Assembly: GCA_038065255.1 (NCBI GenBank)
Contig: JBBTRI010000006.1
Span: 9,240 to 73,239, forward strand
Length of the DNA: 64,000 nt
Direction: 5' to 3'
Source of the DNA: Patescibacteria group bacterium
Lineage (GTDB): Bacteria > Patescibacteriota > Patescibacteriia > JACQRZ01
Below are positions 10,002-20,098 of the stretch, in pieces. Below the pieces are notes generated by a model. It worked only from the letters and a program-made list of their open reading frames with translations, had not been told where the DNA came from and did no database searches. Made by a program: the position numbers and the translations under genes. Position 1 is the stretch's first letter. Each line of letters starts with the position of its first letter.

Positions 10002-10578
10002 TACGAGACAATTTCCATCACCTGATAGACGAGAACCCACTATAACCATTACTCAACTTGCTCCGGATGACTGGCAAGTATTGAGAGGTTTGAAATTAAA
10101 ATCTCTTGAGCAGGAACCAATTGCTTTTGAGGATGTTAAACAAGCCAGACTGAAGTATACTGATCGAACAGAAACAGAGTGGCGCGATATACTATCCGGT
10201 AAGATGTCGGGTGGCAGAGCTGGCGAGGTATTCACTGTTTTTGCACAAGATTCATTCACTGAATCATATGTGGGTATGGTTTCCGCTATTATTTCAGAGA
10301 ACTCAAAGACGGCAACTGTTCAGCATATGTATGTTGACAATGAGGGGTATCGGGGTAGGGGAATAGGGAGGCAGCTGTTACGAGAACTGATTGATAGAAT
10401 TACCGCAAAGGGAATTCAAAAGATTGAATTGCAAGTAGTTGTCACTCAAGAAGCTGCTGTCGGTTTATATACAAGTTTAGGATTTAAAGAAGTGAAGCGT
10501 AGTAAGAATGCCGTTCAGCGAGGGGATGCACACTACGATGAATATGAGATGGAGCTCATCATAGAAAAAGTAGAATAG
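9982..10578 (+). CDS. GNAT family N-acetyltransferase
   Basis: MYVD..YRGRGIG acetyl-CoA motif and LYTSLGF. Confidence 0.88.
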   Translation: MIRMTIDTRQFPSPDRREPTITITQLAPDDWQVLRGLKLKSLEQEPIAFEDVKQARLKYTDRTETEWRDILSGKMSGGRAGEVFTVFAQDSFTESYVGMVSAIISENSKTATVQHMYVDNEGYRGRGIGRQLLRELIDRITAKGIQKIELQVVVTQEAAVGLYTSLGFKEVKRSKNAVQRGDAHYDEYEMELIIEKVE

Positions 10579-10587
10579 TATGATAAT

Positions 10588-11085
10588 ATGAGCGCAATTC
10601 GTGAGTTTGGCATGAAGCGAGAAAATGAGGAGCGGCGAGATGGTGGCTGTGCTGTTGTGTTTGATCCTACTACGCAAACGTTTGCTGTTGGCAAAAAAAC
10701 TAAAGGTGGATGCTACCTTCTCTTTGGCGGTGGCGTGGATAAGGAAGAAGATATTCAAGAGGGGACACTCAGAGAAGTAGTCGAAGAAAGCGGGTTGTAT
10801 GATTTTTTGCATGTTGAAAAGATAGATACAGTACTTACCCACTATTATAATTCTTTAAAAAAAGTCAATCGCGTTGCGCTTGCCACTTGCTTTCTCTTTA
10901 TTTTAAAAAGCTCAGACCGGAAAGAGACATGCCTTGAGGATCATGAACGATTTTCACTTACATGGGTAACAGCGGAAGATATTATATCAAATTGGAATGC
11001 GCATAATATCCATGGAGACGTTGATCATTGGCTCTATTTTTTTGATATGTCCCTCAAGCGAATGACGTTATTGGGATATATATGA
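10588..11085 (+). CDS. NUDIX hydrolase
   Basis: GGGVDKEEDIQEGTLREVVEESGL. Confidence 0.85.
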   Translation: MSAIREFGMKRENEERRDGGCAVVFDPTTQTFAVGKKTKGGCYLLFGGGVDKEEDIQEGTLREVVEESGLYDFLHVEKIDTVLTHYYNSLKKVNRVALATCFLFILKSSDRKETCLEDHERFSLTWVTAEDIISNWNAHNIHGDVDHWLYFFDMSLKRMTLLGYI

Positions 11086-11088
11086 TAT

Positions 11089-11796
11089 ATGCAAGTACGC
11101 ATCAATAAATACTTGGCAGATTGCGGTATTGCATCTCGTCGTGCTATAGATAAACTTATTGTCGAAGGGCGCATTGCCATCAACGGCGTTGTTTTGAAGA
11201 AACCCGGCGCTCAGGTGGAACAAGGGGATCGGGTCACCATGAACGGAAAGAGGATTGATCGTGCGCCATCAAATCATACATATATCCTTTTCAATAAGCC
11301 CGCAAATTGTATCACTACCGCGAGTGATCCACAGGGGAGAAAAACCGTTTTAGATTATGTTCGACTGCCTGCGCGCATGTTTCCAATCGGTAGGCTCGAT
11401 AGGGACACAACAGGAGTACTCATACTCACAAATGATGGAGATCTTGCGAATAAACTCATGCATCCGCGATATTCAGTTGAAAAGCAGTATCAAGTACATT
11501 TGAATAAACCGCTCACTGAAACACATAGAAAAACATTTGAGTCAGGTATTATGCTTGAAGGCAGAAAAACGGCTCCTTGTACAGCACGATTTGCGGGCAA
11601 TAAGAGAAACGTTGTCATTACATTGCATGAAGGAAGAAATAGGCAGATACACAGGATGTTTAAAGAGTTGGGGTATAGAGTGGAGCAACTTGAGCGTACA
11701 CGCTATGCAGGGCTTATGGCGAAGGGTCTGGGGCGGGGTGAGTGGCGAGAACTTACTAAAAAAGAAATTGAACAAATAACAAACAGTATTCTATGA
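11089..11796 (+). CDS. rRNA pseudouridine synthase, RsuA/RluB family
   Basis: S4 domain (RINKYLA..G.ASRR), catalytic GRLDRDTTG, EGRNRQIHRM. Confidence 0.93.
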   Translation: MQVRINKYLADCGIASRRAIDKLIVEGRIAINGVVLKKPGAQVEQGDRVTMNGKRIDRAPSNHTYILFNKPANCITTASDPQGRKTVLDYVRLPARMFPIGRLDRDTTGVLILTNDGDLANKLMHPRYSVEKQYQVHLNKPLTETHRKTFESGIMLEGRKTAPCTARFAGNKRNVVITLHEGRNRQIHRMFKELGYRVEQLERTRYAGLMAKGLGRGEWRELTKKEIEQITNSIL

Positions 11797-12365
11797 AAGA
11801 AATTGAAGTGAAGGCAAAGATTACGACTGTCGAGATTTTTAAAGAAAAGCTTGAGAAATTGGGTTGTCGTTTTGGCGAGGCGCTTATTCAGGAAGACAGT
11901 ATTTTTTTTCCGATTGGGATCGGTTTTCCCGATATCGTGAAAGATACCCCCATTGTCCGCGTGAGGGATTCGAATGGTACCATAATGCTAACCATGAAAA
12001 AGCGTGTTACAGGCGACAACGAGCTCATCAAACTAGAGAAAGAAGTCGTTGTCAGCGACAAGCAAGAGACAATGGAGATCGTTGAGCACATGGGTTTTTA
12101 TATGGCGGCAAGCGTACATAAGAAGCGGATAGAGTGTGCATATGAAGGTATGACCATCTGTATTGATGAGGTGGCTGAATTGGGAAATTTTATAGAAGTC
12201 GAGAAATTATCCGAAGCGGATAATGATACAGAAATTCAAGATGAACTATTCGAGTTTCTTCGATCGTTGGGGGTAAGTGATAATGATAGGGCGACAAAGG
12301 GGTACGATATTTTATTGAATGAAAAAACCGCTTCGAGCGAATCGAAGCGGTTGGGCGTGATGTAG
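11793..12365 (+). CDS. CYTH domain protein (class IV adenylate cyclase CyaB-like)
   Basis: N-terminal EIEVK, RVR, K.R and D.V..LG.FIEVE motifs. Confidence 0.88.
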   Translation: MKEIEVKAKITTVEIFKEKLEKLGCRFGEALIQEDSIFFPIGIGFPDIVKDTPIVRVRDSNGTIMLTMKKRVTGDNELIKLEKEVVVSDKQETMEIVEHMGFYMAASVHKKRIECAYEGMTICIDEVAELGNFIEVEKLSEADNDTEIQDELFEFLRSLGVSDNDRATKGYDILLNEKTASSESKRLGVM

Positions 12366-12382
12366 TGTAAGGTACGATTTGG

Positions 12383-12679
12383 TTAGCCGAATAGTTCTCC
12401 GAACTTGATGCGGGCGATGCTTGCAGCACGCTTGTTAAGCATGGCATCGATGCGGTATTTGAGCGGTTCTGGAAGGTGAGATGTATTGATGTGTTCGTCG
12501 AACGTTTTGGTGATAAGGAGTGAATCGTCATAGGACATGCCATGAGTATCGTCTTCGAGAACACCTAGGATGCCATAGAGGCGATTTGCCTGATCAGAGG
12601 ATAGCCCCTTTTTGAAGTTGGCGATAATTTCGCGAATTTCATGGAGTAGTGTTGGTAGAGCATGGATTCCGATCTGCAT
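12383..12679 (-). CDS. Hypothetical helical protein (98 aa)
   Basis: Start MQIGIHAL at 12679 preceded by strong SD AAGGAGG (12688-12694). Confidence 0.65.
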   Translation of the reverse strand: MQIGIHALPTLLHEIREIIANFKKGLSSDQANRLYGILGVLEDDTHGMSYDDSLLITKTFDEHINTSHLPEPLKYRIDAMLNKRAASIARIKFGELFG

Positions 12680-12702
12680 AGTCGTAGCCTCCTTTGAGGT
12701 AC

Positions 12703-12731
12703 AAAAAAGCCCGCCCCAGAAGGGCAGGCTT
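12703..12731 (-). terminator. Intrinsic terminator in the 5' leader of the 12679 gene
   Basis: Minus strand AAGCCTGCCC-TTCTG-GGGCGGGCTT followed by TTTT. Confidence 0.7.
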
Positions 12732-12843
12732 CGATTGATCTTGAAATACATCAAGACCTACCCTCTGAGGCGCGCTCGAAGAGGTGACGAAGAGAAACTC
12801 GACCATGTCTTAATGTGTTTGTTGTGAATCATATACTGAGTAT

Positions 12844-12917
12844 ACCCTATATTCCTTCGATAATAATGTCAATAAAAACGCCCATGCTCTTGACAAAAAC
12901 GCAAAAACGTGTATACT
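12844..12917. promoter_or_regulatory. Divergent sigma70-type promoters
   Basis: Minus strand TTGACA (12872-12867)-17 bp-TAGGGT; plus strand TTGACA (12890-12895)-16 bp-TATACT. Confidence 0.65.
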
Positions 12918-13026
12918 GTATATATTACTAACAAACATTGGTACTTGATGCCAATAGTGCTCGAATTTTTCGTCAGATATCAGATGTATATATATGGCCG
13001 AAGAGTTTAGGGCCATATATTTTTTT

Positions 13027-14412
13027 ATGCACACACAGCAACAGTCGGGTGGAGGCTTTCATTCGCTTACCATCGCACCGACACTTTTAGAACGCATCAC
13101 GCATCTTGGATACACAACTCCAACCCCCATTCAGCATAAATCCATTCCGCCCCTTATTGAAGGGAAGGACGTATTGGGCATCGCCCAAACCGGTACCGGC
13201 AAAACACTGGCATTTGCAGTTCCTATGATTCAGCGTATTGCAAAACAGAAATGTCGAGGACTTGTGATTGTCCCTACGCGCGAGCTTGCATTGCAAGTGA
13301 ATGAGACATTTGAAAAAGTCGGCAAAAGCATTGGCTTGAGAACAGCTGTCCTTATCGGCGGAGCTGATATCAAGCGGCAAATAAAAACCTTACAGGCAAA
13401 TCCCCATGTAATCGTTGGAACGCCTGGACGTATCAATGACCACTTGGAACGCAAAAGCGTACACATGGAAAAAGTGAAAATATTGGTACTTGACGAAGCA
13501 GACCTTATGCTTGATATGGGATTTGAACCGCAGATCAAGCGTATTCTTGAAGTTGTCCCGAAAGATCGGCAAACAATGCTTTTTTCTGCTACCATGCCGC
13601 CGGCAATCCATACTATCGCTTCGCGATATATGTCATCTCCCTTGCGTATTGAAGTTGCCAAATCGGGTACGCTTGCCGAGAAAATACAACATGAGCTGCG
13701 CTATGTGTCGCAAACGTTGAAGGTTGAAGAACTTAAGAAAGTACTCCATGGAGCCTCAGGCACCACGATTGTATTTGTGCGCACCAAGCATACTGCAAAG
13801 AAACTGGCATATGCACTTCAGCTTGCGGGTATCAAGGCTGCGGAGATCCATTCAAATCGCTCTCTTGCACAGCGCCGAGCGGCTCTCGATGGATTTAAGT
13901 CAGGGAAATACCATGTGCTTGTGGCAACAGATATTGCGGCACGCGGGATAGATGTGATTGGCGTAAGTATGGTGCTCAACTTTGACTTGCCTGAGAATCC
14001 GGAAGACTATGTGCATCGCATCGGCCGAACCGGGCGAGCGGGCATGGCCGGACATGCGCTTTCTTTTGTTGCACCGGGTCAGCAAGGGCTTGTGAAACAG
14101 ATTGAAAGAGTAACGCGAACGAGCCTTCCGATTGCAGGAAACTCGGTAGCTGAGAAACTTCTTTCGAGAAAGCCTATTCTCAGAAAACCCATATCAAGAA
14201 AACCTTACCCGCAAAAATCGTTTACAGGAACATCGCACCATGGAAAACCTCGTAGCGAGCACGAGGTAACGCTCCATGAAATGGAGCATGCGTTTTCCAA
14301 AAAAAGTAAATCATGGAAAGGGCCGTCGGGTTCTCATGGTTTTGCGCGCGGAAAGAAGAATGGATTTCATAAGCAATCCGGATCCCCCAAGCAGCGCACA
14401 CATCGTTGGTAA
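13027..14412 (+). CDS. DEAD-box ATP-dependent RNA helicase (RhlE-like)
   Basis: Q motif, AQTGTGKT, PTRELA, DEAD, SAT, HRIGRTGRAG; basic tail; start moved to ATG 13027. Confidence 0.96.
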   Translation: MHTQQQSGGGFHSLTIAPTLLERITHLGYTTPTPIQHKSIPPLIEGKDVLGIAQTGTGKTLAFAVPMIQRIAKQKCRGLVIVPTRELALQVNETFEKVGKSIGLRTAVLIGGADIKRQIKTLQANPHVIVGTPGRINDHLERKSVHMEKVKILVLDEADLMLDMGFEPQIKRILEVVPKDRQTMLFSATMPPAIHTIASRYMSSPLRIEVAKSGTLAEKIQHELRYVSQTLKVEELKKVLHGASGTTIVFVRTKHTAKKLAYALQLAGIKAAEIHSNRSLAQRRAALDGFKSGKYHVLVATDIAARGIDVIGVSMVLNFDLPENPEDYVHRIGRTGRAGMAGHALSFVAPGQQGLVKQIERVTRTSLPIAGNSVAEKLLSRKPILRKPISRKPYPQKSFTGTSHHGKPRSEHEVTLHEMEHAFSKKSKSWKGPSGSHGFARGKKNGFHKQSGSPKQRTHRW

Positions 14413-14460
14413 TAAGAAAAAGTTTGGTATACTATTCAAGTAGTATTTCATATAGATATT

Positions 14461-15597
14461 ATGAAACATCACTCACTTTTATGGCTGAGTAATGTGGTTT
14501 CGTTATGCCTTCTTGCCGCACTATTGCATGCGTCCGGTGTTTGGGCTGCTGATAATGTCGATACCCTCCCTCCCGATACTTATTATAAAGCGCGTGTTAT
14601 AGGCGTTATTGCTTCTGAAGATAAAGACCATGTACAGTCGAGCGAAATTGTGCAACAAGTGCGCATCAAGCTGCTCGAGGGCGAGAAAAAGGGTATAGAA
14701 GTTGTTGCTCAAAATAATATACCCTCCAATCGCCAAAGCCAGCAAATGGTTTCTGCAGGAGATACCGTTGTTGTGGTTGAAAGCTACGGCATTGATGGTA
14801 GGGGGTATTATATTATCGATGCCTATCGTATTTCTTCACTTTTCATTCTTTTTTTCTTTTTTGTTGCACTCGTACTTTTCTTTGGGCGCTTGAGAGGACT
14901 TTCTTCACTGGTTGGCCTGGCATTCAGTATTCTTATTCTCATTTTCTATGTTGTGCCGCAGATTGCTGCTGGCAATGATCCCTTTTTGATAAGTATTTCC
15001 GGTTCTCTCGTCATTTTATTTTTTTCACTCTATCTTGCACATGGTTTTACCAAGCGCACATCACTGGCGCTTGTAAGTTCATTCATCACACTTATTGCAT
15101 CTTCCCTTCTTGCCATTGCATTTGTTGCTATCGCACATTTGTTTGGCACCGGAACGGAAGACGCACTCTATTTACAAATTGCAGGAGACCAGGCAATTAA
15201 TGTGAAGGGCCTATTGTTGGGTGGGATTATCATTGGTATGCTGGGTGTTCTTGATGACATCACCATAGGCCAAACAGTTGCGATCGATGAATTACGAAAG
15301 GCAAACGCCACGCTCACGCCGCAAGAGCTCTGTAAGCGAGGGTTTGCTATTGGTAAAGAGCATATTGCATCTCTAGTGAATACACTCGCACTTGCCTATG
15401 CAGGCGCTGCGCTGCCACTCCTGCTTTTGTTTTCTCTCAATGCATCCGGTCAGCCGCTCTGGGTAGTTGTGAATAATGAAATGCTTGCGGAAGAAATAGT
15501 GCGGACATTTATCGGCAGCATTGCCCTTATTCTTGCCGTTCCTATTTCAACCTATTTGGCAGCATATCTTCTGCCGCGCTTCAAGACATATCGGTGA
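14461..15597 (+). CDS. YibE/F family membrane protein
   Basis: LGVLDDITIGQ, G..HIASLVNTL.LAY.G and EEIVRT..GSI motifs. Confidence 0.9.
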   Translation: MKHHSLLWLSNVVSLCLLAALLHASGVWAADNVDTLPPDTYYKARVIGVIASEDKDHVQSSEIVQQVRIKLLEGEKKGIEVVAQNNIPSNRQSQQMVSAGDTVVVVESYGIDGRGYYIIDAYRISSLFILFFFFVALVLFFGRLRGLSSLVGLAFSILILIFYVVPQIAAGNDPFLISISGSLVILFFSLYLAHGFTKRTSLALVSSFITLIASSLLAIAFVAIAHLFGTGTEDALYLQIAGDQAINVKGLLLGGIIIGMLGVLDDITIGQTVAIDELRKANATLTPQELCKRGFAIGKEHIASLVNTLALAYAGAALPLLLLFSLNASGQPLWVVVNNEMLAEEIVRTFIGSIALILAVPISTYLAAYLLPRFKTYR

Positions 15598-15606
15598 ACT
15601 TCTTTC

Positions 15607-16188
15607 ATGTGGGCTATGAAACAACAGCGACTCATTCACACATTTCTTTTTTGTGCAGGCATTGTATTATTGCTCGTAGGTGCTGCGCTTGCTGTGCGGG
15701 CGCAAAGAGTGGTTGGGATTTCCCAGCACCTTCACCGTCTTGCTGGTGAATCACATGATTTGCGCGATACAACCCTATCGTACGGATGCATAGCAGAGGA
15801 AAATATGCCCGATGAACGATGTACGCCAGGAGATATTTTTCCTCAGGCTACAGCAGAGCAGATATGTGTGCCCGGGTATAGCAGAAAAGCGCGCAATGTT
15901 TCTGTGTCACAAAAAAATAGAATATATGCATCATACGGCATTCGATCGCATAGGGTGGGAGAATATAATATTGACCATCTTATCAGCCTTCAGCTTGGCG
16001 GATCCAATGAAGATTCAAATCTCTGGCCGGAAGCCGAAAACCCTCGTCCCGGGTACCATGAGAAAATAAAAGTTGAAAATTTTTTGCATGGTGAGCTTTG
16101 TAAAGGAGAAATCACTCTTCGGCAAGCTCAGCGCTTGGTAGGACAGCATTGGAGAGACATACACTACCTTCTTCAAGGGATAGAGTAA
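15607..16188 (+). CDS. Membrane-anchored/secreted HNH-like nuclease domain protein
   Basis: N-terminal TM; YNIDHLISLQLGGSN...NLWPE motif. Confidence 0.7.
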   Translation: MWAMKQQRLIHTFLFCAGIVLLLVGAALAVRAQRVVGISQHLHRLAGESHDLRDTTLSYGCIAEENMPDERCTPGDIFPQATAEQICVPGYSRKARNVSVSQKNRIYASYGIRSHRVGEYNIDHLISLQLGGSNEDSNLWPEAENPRPGYHEKIKVENFLHGELCKGEITLRQAQRLVGQHWRDIHYLLQGIE

Positions 16189-16207
16189 GTGTGCTAAAAT
16201 AATCAGT

Positions 16208-17515
16208 ATGAAATTACGATACAAAAAAACAGTGCGGCTTTCAGAACAAGAATATAAGATGGAAGCAAAGAAGCTTATAGCATACCAATCGCATCTGCGG
16301 CGCGTTGTAAGCGCGCATAATTATGCATATCCTGAAAGCTCTCTTGTTGTTCCAAGTGATGCACCGATGCAAAAAGAGATTTTTCAATGTGTGCAGCGTA
16401 CAGTGTCGTCCAGGCTTCGCTATATATTTTTGGTTGGCATTGGAGGGTCGGATTTGGGAGCAAAGGCCGTATACGATGCACTGCGAGGATACCGAGACGT
16501 ACTTGGAAAGGGATCTTCGCCTCAACTATTTTTTATTGATACGCTCAACATTCCGTTGATCTATGATATTCGCAAGCTTATAGCGTCGATCGCAGATCCC
16601 GCAGAATACCTTATTGTTATTATTTCAAAGTCCGGGACAACAACGGAAACAATTGCGGGCACAGAAGTCTTACTCGAAGCACTGCCTCGCCATGTAAAGA
16701 GTGCCGTCGACCGATGTGTTGCGATTACTGATGAAGATTCAAGGCTATGGAAGTATGCACAGAAAAACGGATGGTACGTTCTTGCAATTCCGCCAAGTGT
16801 AGGTGGTCGGTATTCGGTATTTTCTCCGGTAGGCCTCTTTCCACTTGCGGCAGCAGGATTCGATATTCGTGCGCTATGCAAGGGGGCTCTTAGCACGCGT
16901 TCTTGCTGTGTGAGTAGGGCATTGCCACTCAATCCGTCACTCCAATCAGCAATCGGCATTTTTTTACATATGAAGCGAGGATATGTAGTACATGATACGT
17001 TTTTGTTTTCGCCACAGCTCGAATCGCTTGGAAAATGGTATCGTCAATTGTTGGGGGAGAGTATCGGCAAGGAATATGACAGGGAGGGAAAACAAGTGGG
17101 GGTAGGTATTGTCCCAACCGTATCAATAGGATCGACGGATTTACATTCCGTTGGCCAGCTGTATCTTGGAGGACCCAAAAATATTCTCACAACATTTGTC
17201 CGGGTTGCGCATGCATCGCTTATTCGTGTGCCAAGAAAAGGGATGCTGCATGGCATTGTACCCGGTATTGAATCGCGCCCTCTTTCCCAAATCATGGACG
17301 CCATCCTAGATGGCACAAAAGCAGCATATGCAAAAAGATCCCTGCCGTTTTTTGAAGTGACGCTTGATAGCGTATCAGAAACAGAGTTAGGTGTTTTTTT
17401 CCAATGGAAAATGATTGAAGTCATGTATCTTGCACAATTGCTTGGTATCAATGCATTTGATCAACCAAATGTAGAAAGTTATAAAGCAGAAGCGCGAAAG
17501 CGGCTTACCCGATAG
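16208..17515 (+). CDS. pgi: Glucose-6-phosphate isomerase
   Basis: GIGGSDLG, SKSGTTTET, GGRYSV, QL.GES.GK, DLHS.GQ, FDQPNVE.YK. Confidence 0.95.
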   Translation: MKLRYKKTVRLSEQEYKMEAKKLIAYQSHLRRVVSAHNYAYPESSLVVPSDAPMQKEIFQCVQRTVSSRLRYIFLVGIGGSDLGAKAVYDALRGYRDVLGKGSSPQLFFIDTLNIPLIYDIRKLIASIADPAEYLIVIISKSGTTTETIAGTEVLLEALPRHVKSAVDRCVAITDEDSRLWKYAQKNGWYVLAIPPSVGGRYSVFSPVGLFPLAAAGFDIRALCKGALSTRSCCVSRALPLNPSLQSAIGIFLHMKRGYVVHDTFLFSPQLESLGKWYRQLLGESIGKEYDREGKQVGVGIVPTVSIGSTDLHSVGQLYLGGPKNILTTFVRVAHASLIRVPRKGMLHGIVPGIESRPLSQIMDAILDGTKAAYAKRSLPFFEVTLDSVSETELGVFFQWKMIEVMYLAQLLGINAFDQPNVESYKAEARKRLTR

Positions 17516-17521
17516 GAAGAG

Positions 17522-20098
17522 ATGGTATACAATAAGAGTATGAATACCCTATCAAACAATACAAAGGTGTTTGATGCTTTTTCTTGTTCGCGCACCACTG
17601 TTCATACTCTGATGCGGAATATGAGCTCATCAGTGCATGGACTTTCTGTACTTAAGGCAGAAAAGCTGTTGCATATATACGGACACAATGAAATAGCACA
17701 AGGGGCACATAGGACGTGGTATGGGCATTTGGGTACTATTATTCGTGATCCGCTCAATGCGCTCCTTGGAGCATTGAGTGCCATATCCTACGGTACCGGC
17801 AGCAACGAGAGTGCTGTCATTATTGGCGTAATGGTGATACTGAGTATTAGTATGCGTTTTGTTCAAGAACATAGAGCTGACCGTGCGGAAGAGAAGCTCA
17901 AGCGCATGGTGAGCGCTCATACTCGTGTACTGCGAAATGGAAAAGAAAAAACTATCCATCTTAAAAATGTTGTTCCGGGAGATATTATTCTTTTGTCGGC
18001 GGGGGATCTTATTCCCGCTGATGTGCGTGTTATTGCTGCCAACGATCTAGCGGTTGATCAGTCCATTCTCACGGGCGAGTCATTGCCTGTTGAGAAAAAC
18101 CAAGAAGATATACATACTAATAGCTCCCAAGCAATTGAAGCGGCGAACCTCTGTTTTATGGGTAGTTATGTCCAGAATGGTTCCGGACGCGCCGTTGTTT
18201 ATGCTACCGGCATGCATACCTATTTCGGTTCTTTGGCGAAGAAAGTCCTTGAGCAACCGAGCGCAAACGATTTTGAACTATGGGTAAAGCATTTTACCAA
18301 GCTCATGGTGCGTATCATGCTTGTTGTTGCTCCGCTTGTATTTGTGATCAATGGTTTTGGGAAGGGGGATTGGTTTGAAGCATCTCTTTTTGCTTTGGCA
18401 GTTGCAGTAGGACTGACGCCGGAAATGCTGCCAATGATCATGACGATCAATCTTGGCAAGGGAGCGATCGATATGTCGCACAAAAAAGTCATTGTCAAAC
18501 AACTTGATGCCATTCAATCATTCGGATCCATGAATATATTATGTACCGACAAAACGGGAACGCTGACGCAAAACAAAATCGTTTTGGAAAAACATTGCGA
18601 TGTGGATGGCAAGGAGTCTGAAGATGTGTTGTTTTTTGCGTATGTAAATAGCTTTTTTCAAACTGGCTTAAAAAATCTGCTAGATAAAGCAATCTTGAGC
18701 CATGAACATATTTCCTTGAAGGGATATAAAAAAATAGATGAAATCCCTTTTGATTTTGTACGGCGCATGATGTCGGTGATTGTTCAAAAGGGGAAGAAGC
18801 GCATTCTAATTTCTAAAGGTGCACCGGAAGAAGTATTTCAACGCTGTACTCACTATGAACTCAATGGAGCGTTGTATCCATTGAATCATACTCTTACACC
18901 ACGACTCAAAAAAGAGTTTGATGTTCTTGGTAATGACGGATTTCGGATTATCGCATTGGGGTACAAAGAAGTACCCATAGCAAAAAAAGAGTTTACGCGT
19001 GATGATGAAAAGAATCTTACACTCTTGGGTTACCTTGCTTTTTTTGATCCTCCGAAAACAAGCGCAAAAGAAACAATTTCTGATCTTGCTCAACTTGGCA
19101 TTGAAGTCAAAGTACTCACGGGAGATAATGCGCTTGTTACTCAGAAAATCTGCCGTGAAGTTGGATTGGCTGTGCGCGGCATACTCTGTGGATCCGATAT
19201 AGAAGCACTAAGTGATGGCGAACTCGAAAAAAAGTGTGAACAGGTGAATATATTTGCGCGTATTTCCCCGCTCGATAAAGAACGTATTATCCGAGTGCTG
19301 CGGCAAGCTGGTAATGTGGTCAATTATCTCGGCGATGGCATTAATGATGCTCCGGCGCTTCGTGCCGCAGATGTTGGTATTTCAGTCGATTCCGCCGCTG
19401 ATATCGCAAAAGAATCCGCAGATATCATTCTGTTGGAAAAAAATCTTACTGTTCTTAAAGATGGCGTCATTGAGGGGCGCAAGATTTTTGCCAATATTAT
19501 CAAGTACATTAAAATGTCAGCAAGTTCAAATTTCGGTAATATTGTAAGTATCGTCGGCGGCAGTTTGTTTTTGCCATTCCTTCCCATGCTGCCTGTGCAA
19601 ATACTTCTCAATAATCTTCTCTATGATATTTCCCAAACTACACTGCCAACCGATACAGTTGACCCCGATATACTGGCGAGTCCGCAAAAGTGGGATGTTC
19701 GAGCAATTAAACGATTTATATTTTGCATAGGTCCCATCAGTTCATTGTTTGACTATCTTACGTTTTGCCTCATGTTATTTGTCTTTCAGGCATGGACAAA
19801 TCCAGCCCTTTTTCACACAGGATGGTTTGTGGAATCGCTTCTTTCACAGACGCTTATTATCCACGTTATTCGCACCAAAAAAATTCCATTTATTCAAAGC
19901 AATGCAAGCCTTCCCGTTATACTTACAACGATTGCCGTCGTCATAATTGGCATAGGACTGCCGTTTTCTCCGTATGCGTCGGCGCTTGGTTTTACGCCAC
20001 TGCCGGGGGCATATTGGATGTATATTGGCGCGATGCTTGTTGTGTATGGCATTATTACTCAAGGGGTTAAGGTATGGTTTTACCGCCGATATGCTTAA
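17522..20098 (+). CDS. mgtA: Magnesium-translocating P-type ATPase
   Basis: TGES, AVGLTPEMLP, DKTGTLT, GDGINDAP, LLNNLLYD, FHTGWFVES; start may be ATG 17540. Confidence 0.95.
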   Translation: MVYNKSMNTLSNNTKVFDAFSCSRTTVHTLMRNMSSSVHGLSVLKAEKLLHIYGHNEIAQGAHRTWYGHLGTIIRDPLNALLGALSAISYGTGSNESAVIIGVMVILSISMRFVQEHRADRAEEKLKRMVSAHTRVLRNGKEKTIHLKNVVPGDIILLSAGDLIPADVRVIAANDLAVDQSILTGESLPVEKNQEDIHTNSSQAIEAANLCFMGSYVQNGSGRAVVYATGMHTYFGSLAKKVLEQPSANDFELWVKHFTKLMVRIMLVVAPLVFVINGFGKGDWFEASLFALAVAVGLTPEMLPMIMTINLGKGAIDMSHKKVIVKQLDAIQSFGSMNILCTDKTGTLTQNKIVLEKHCDVDGKESEDVLFFAYVNSFFQTGLKNLLDKAILSHEHISLKGYKKIDEIPFDFVRRMMSVIVQKGKKRILISKGAPEEVFQRCTHYELNGALYPLNHTLTPRLKKEFDVLGNDGFRIIALGYKEVPIAKKEFTRDDEKNLTLLGYLAFFDPPKTSAKETISDLAQLGIEVKVLTGDNALVTQKICREVGLAVRGILCGSDIEALSDGELEKKCEQVNIFARISPLDKERIIRVLRQAGNVVNYLGDGINDAPALRAADVGISVDSAADIAKESADIILLEKNLTVLKDGVIEGRKIFANIIKYIKMSASSNFGNIVSIVGGSLFLPFLPMLPVQILLNNLLYDISQTTLPTDTVDPDILASPQKWDVRAIKRFIFCIGPISSLFDYLTFCLMLFVFQAWTNPALFHTGWFVESLLSQTLIIHVIRTKKIPFIQSNASLPVILTTIAVVIIGIGLPFSPYASALGFTPLPGAYWMYIGAMLVVYGIITQGVKVWFYRRYA

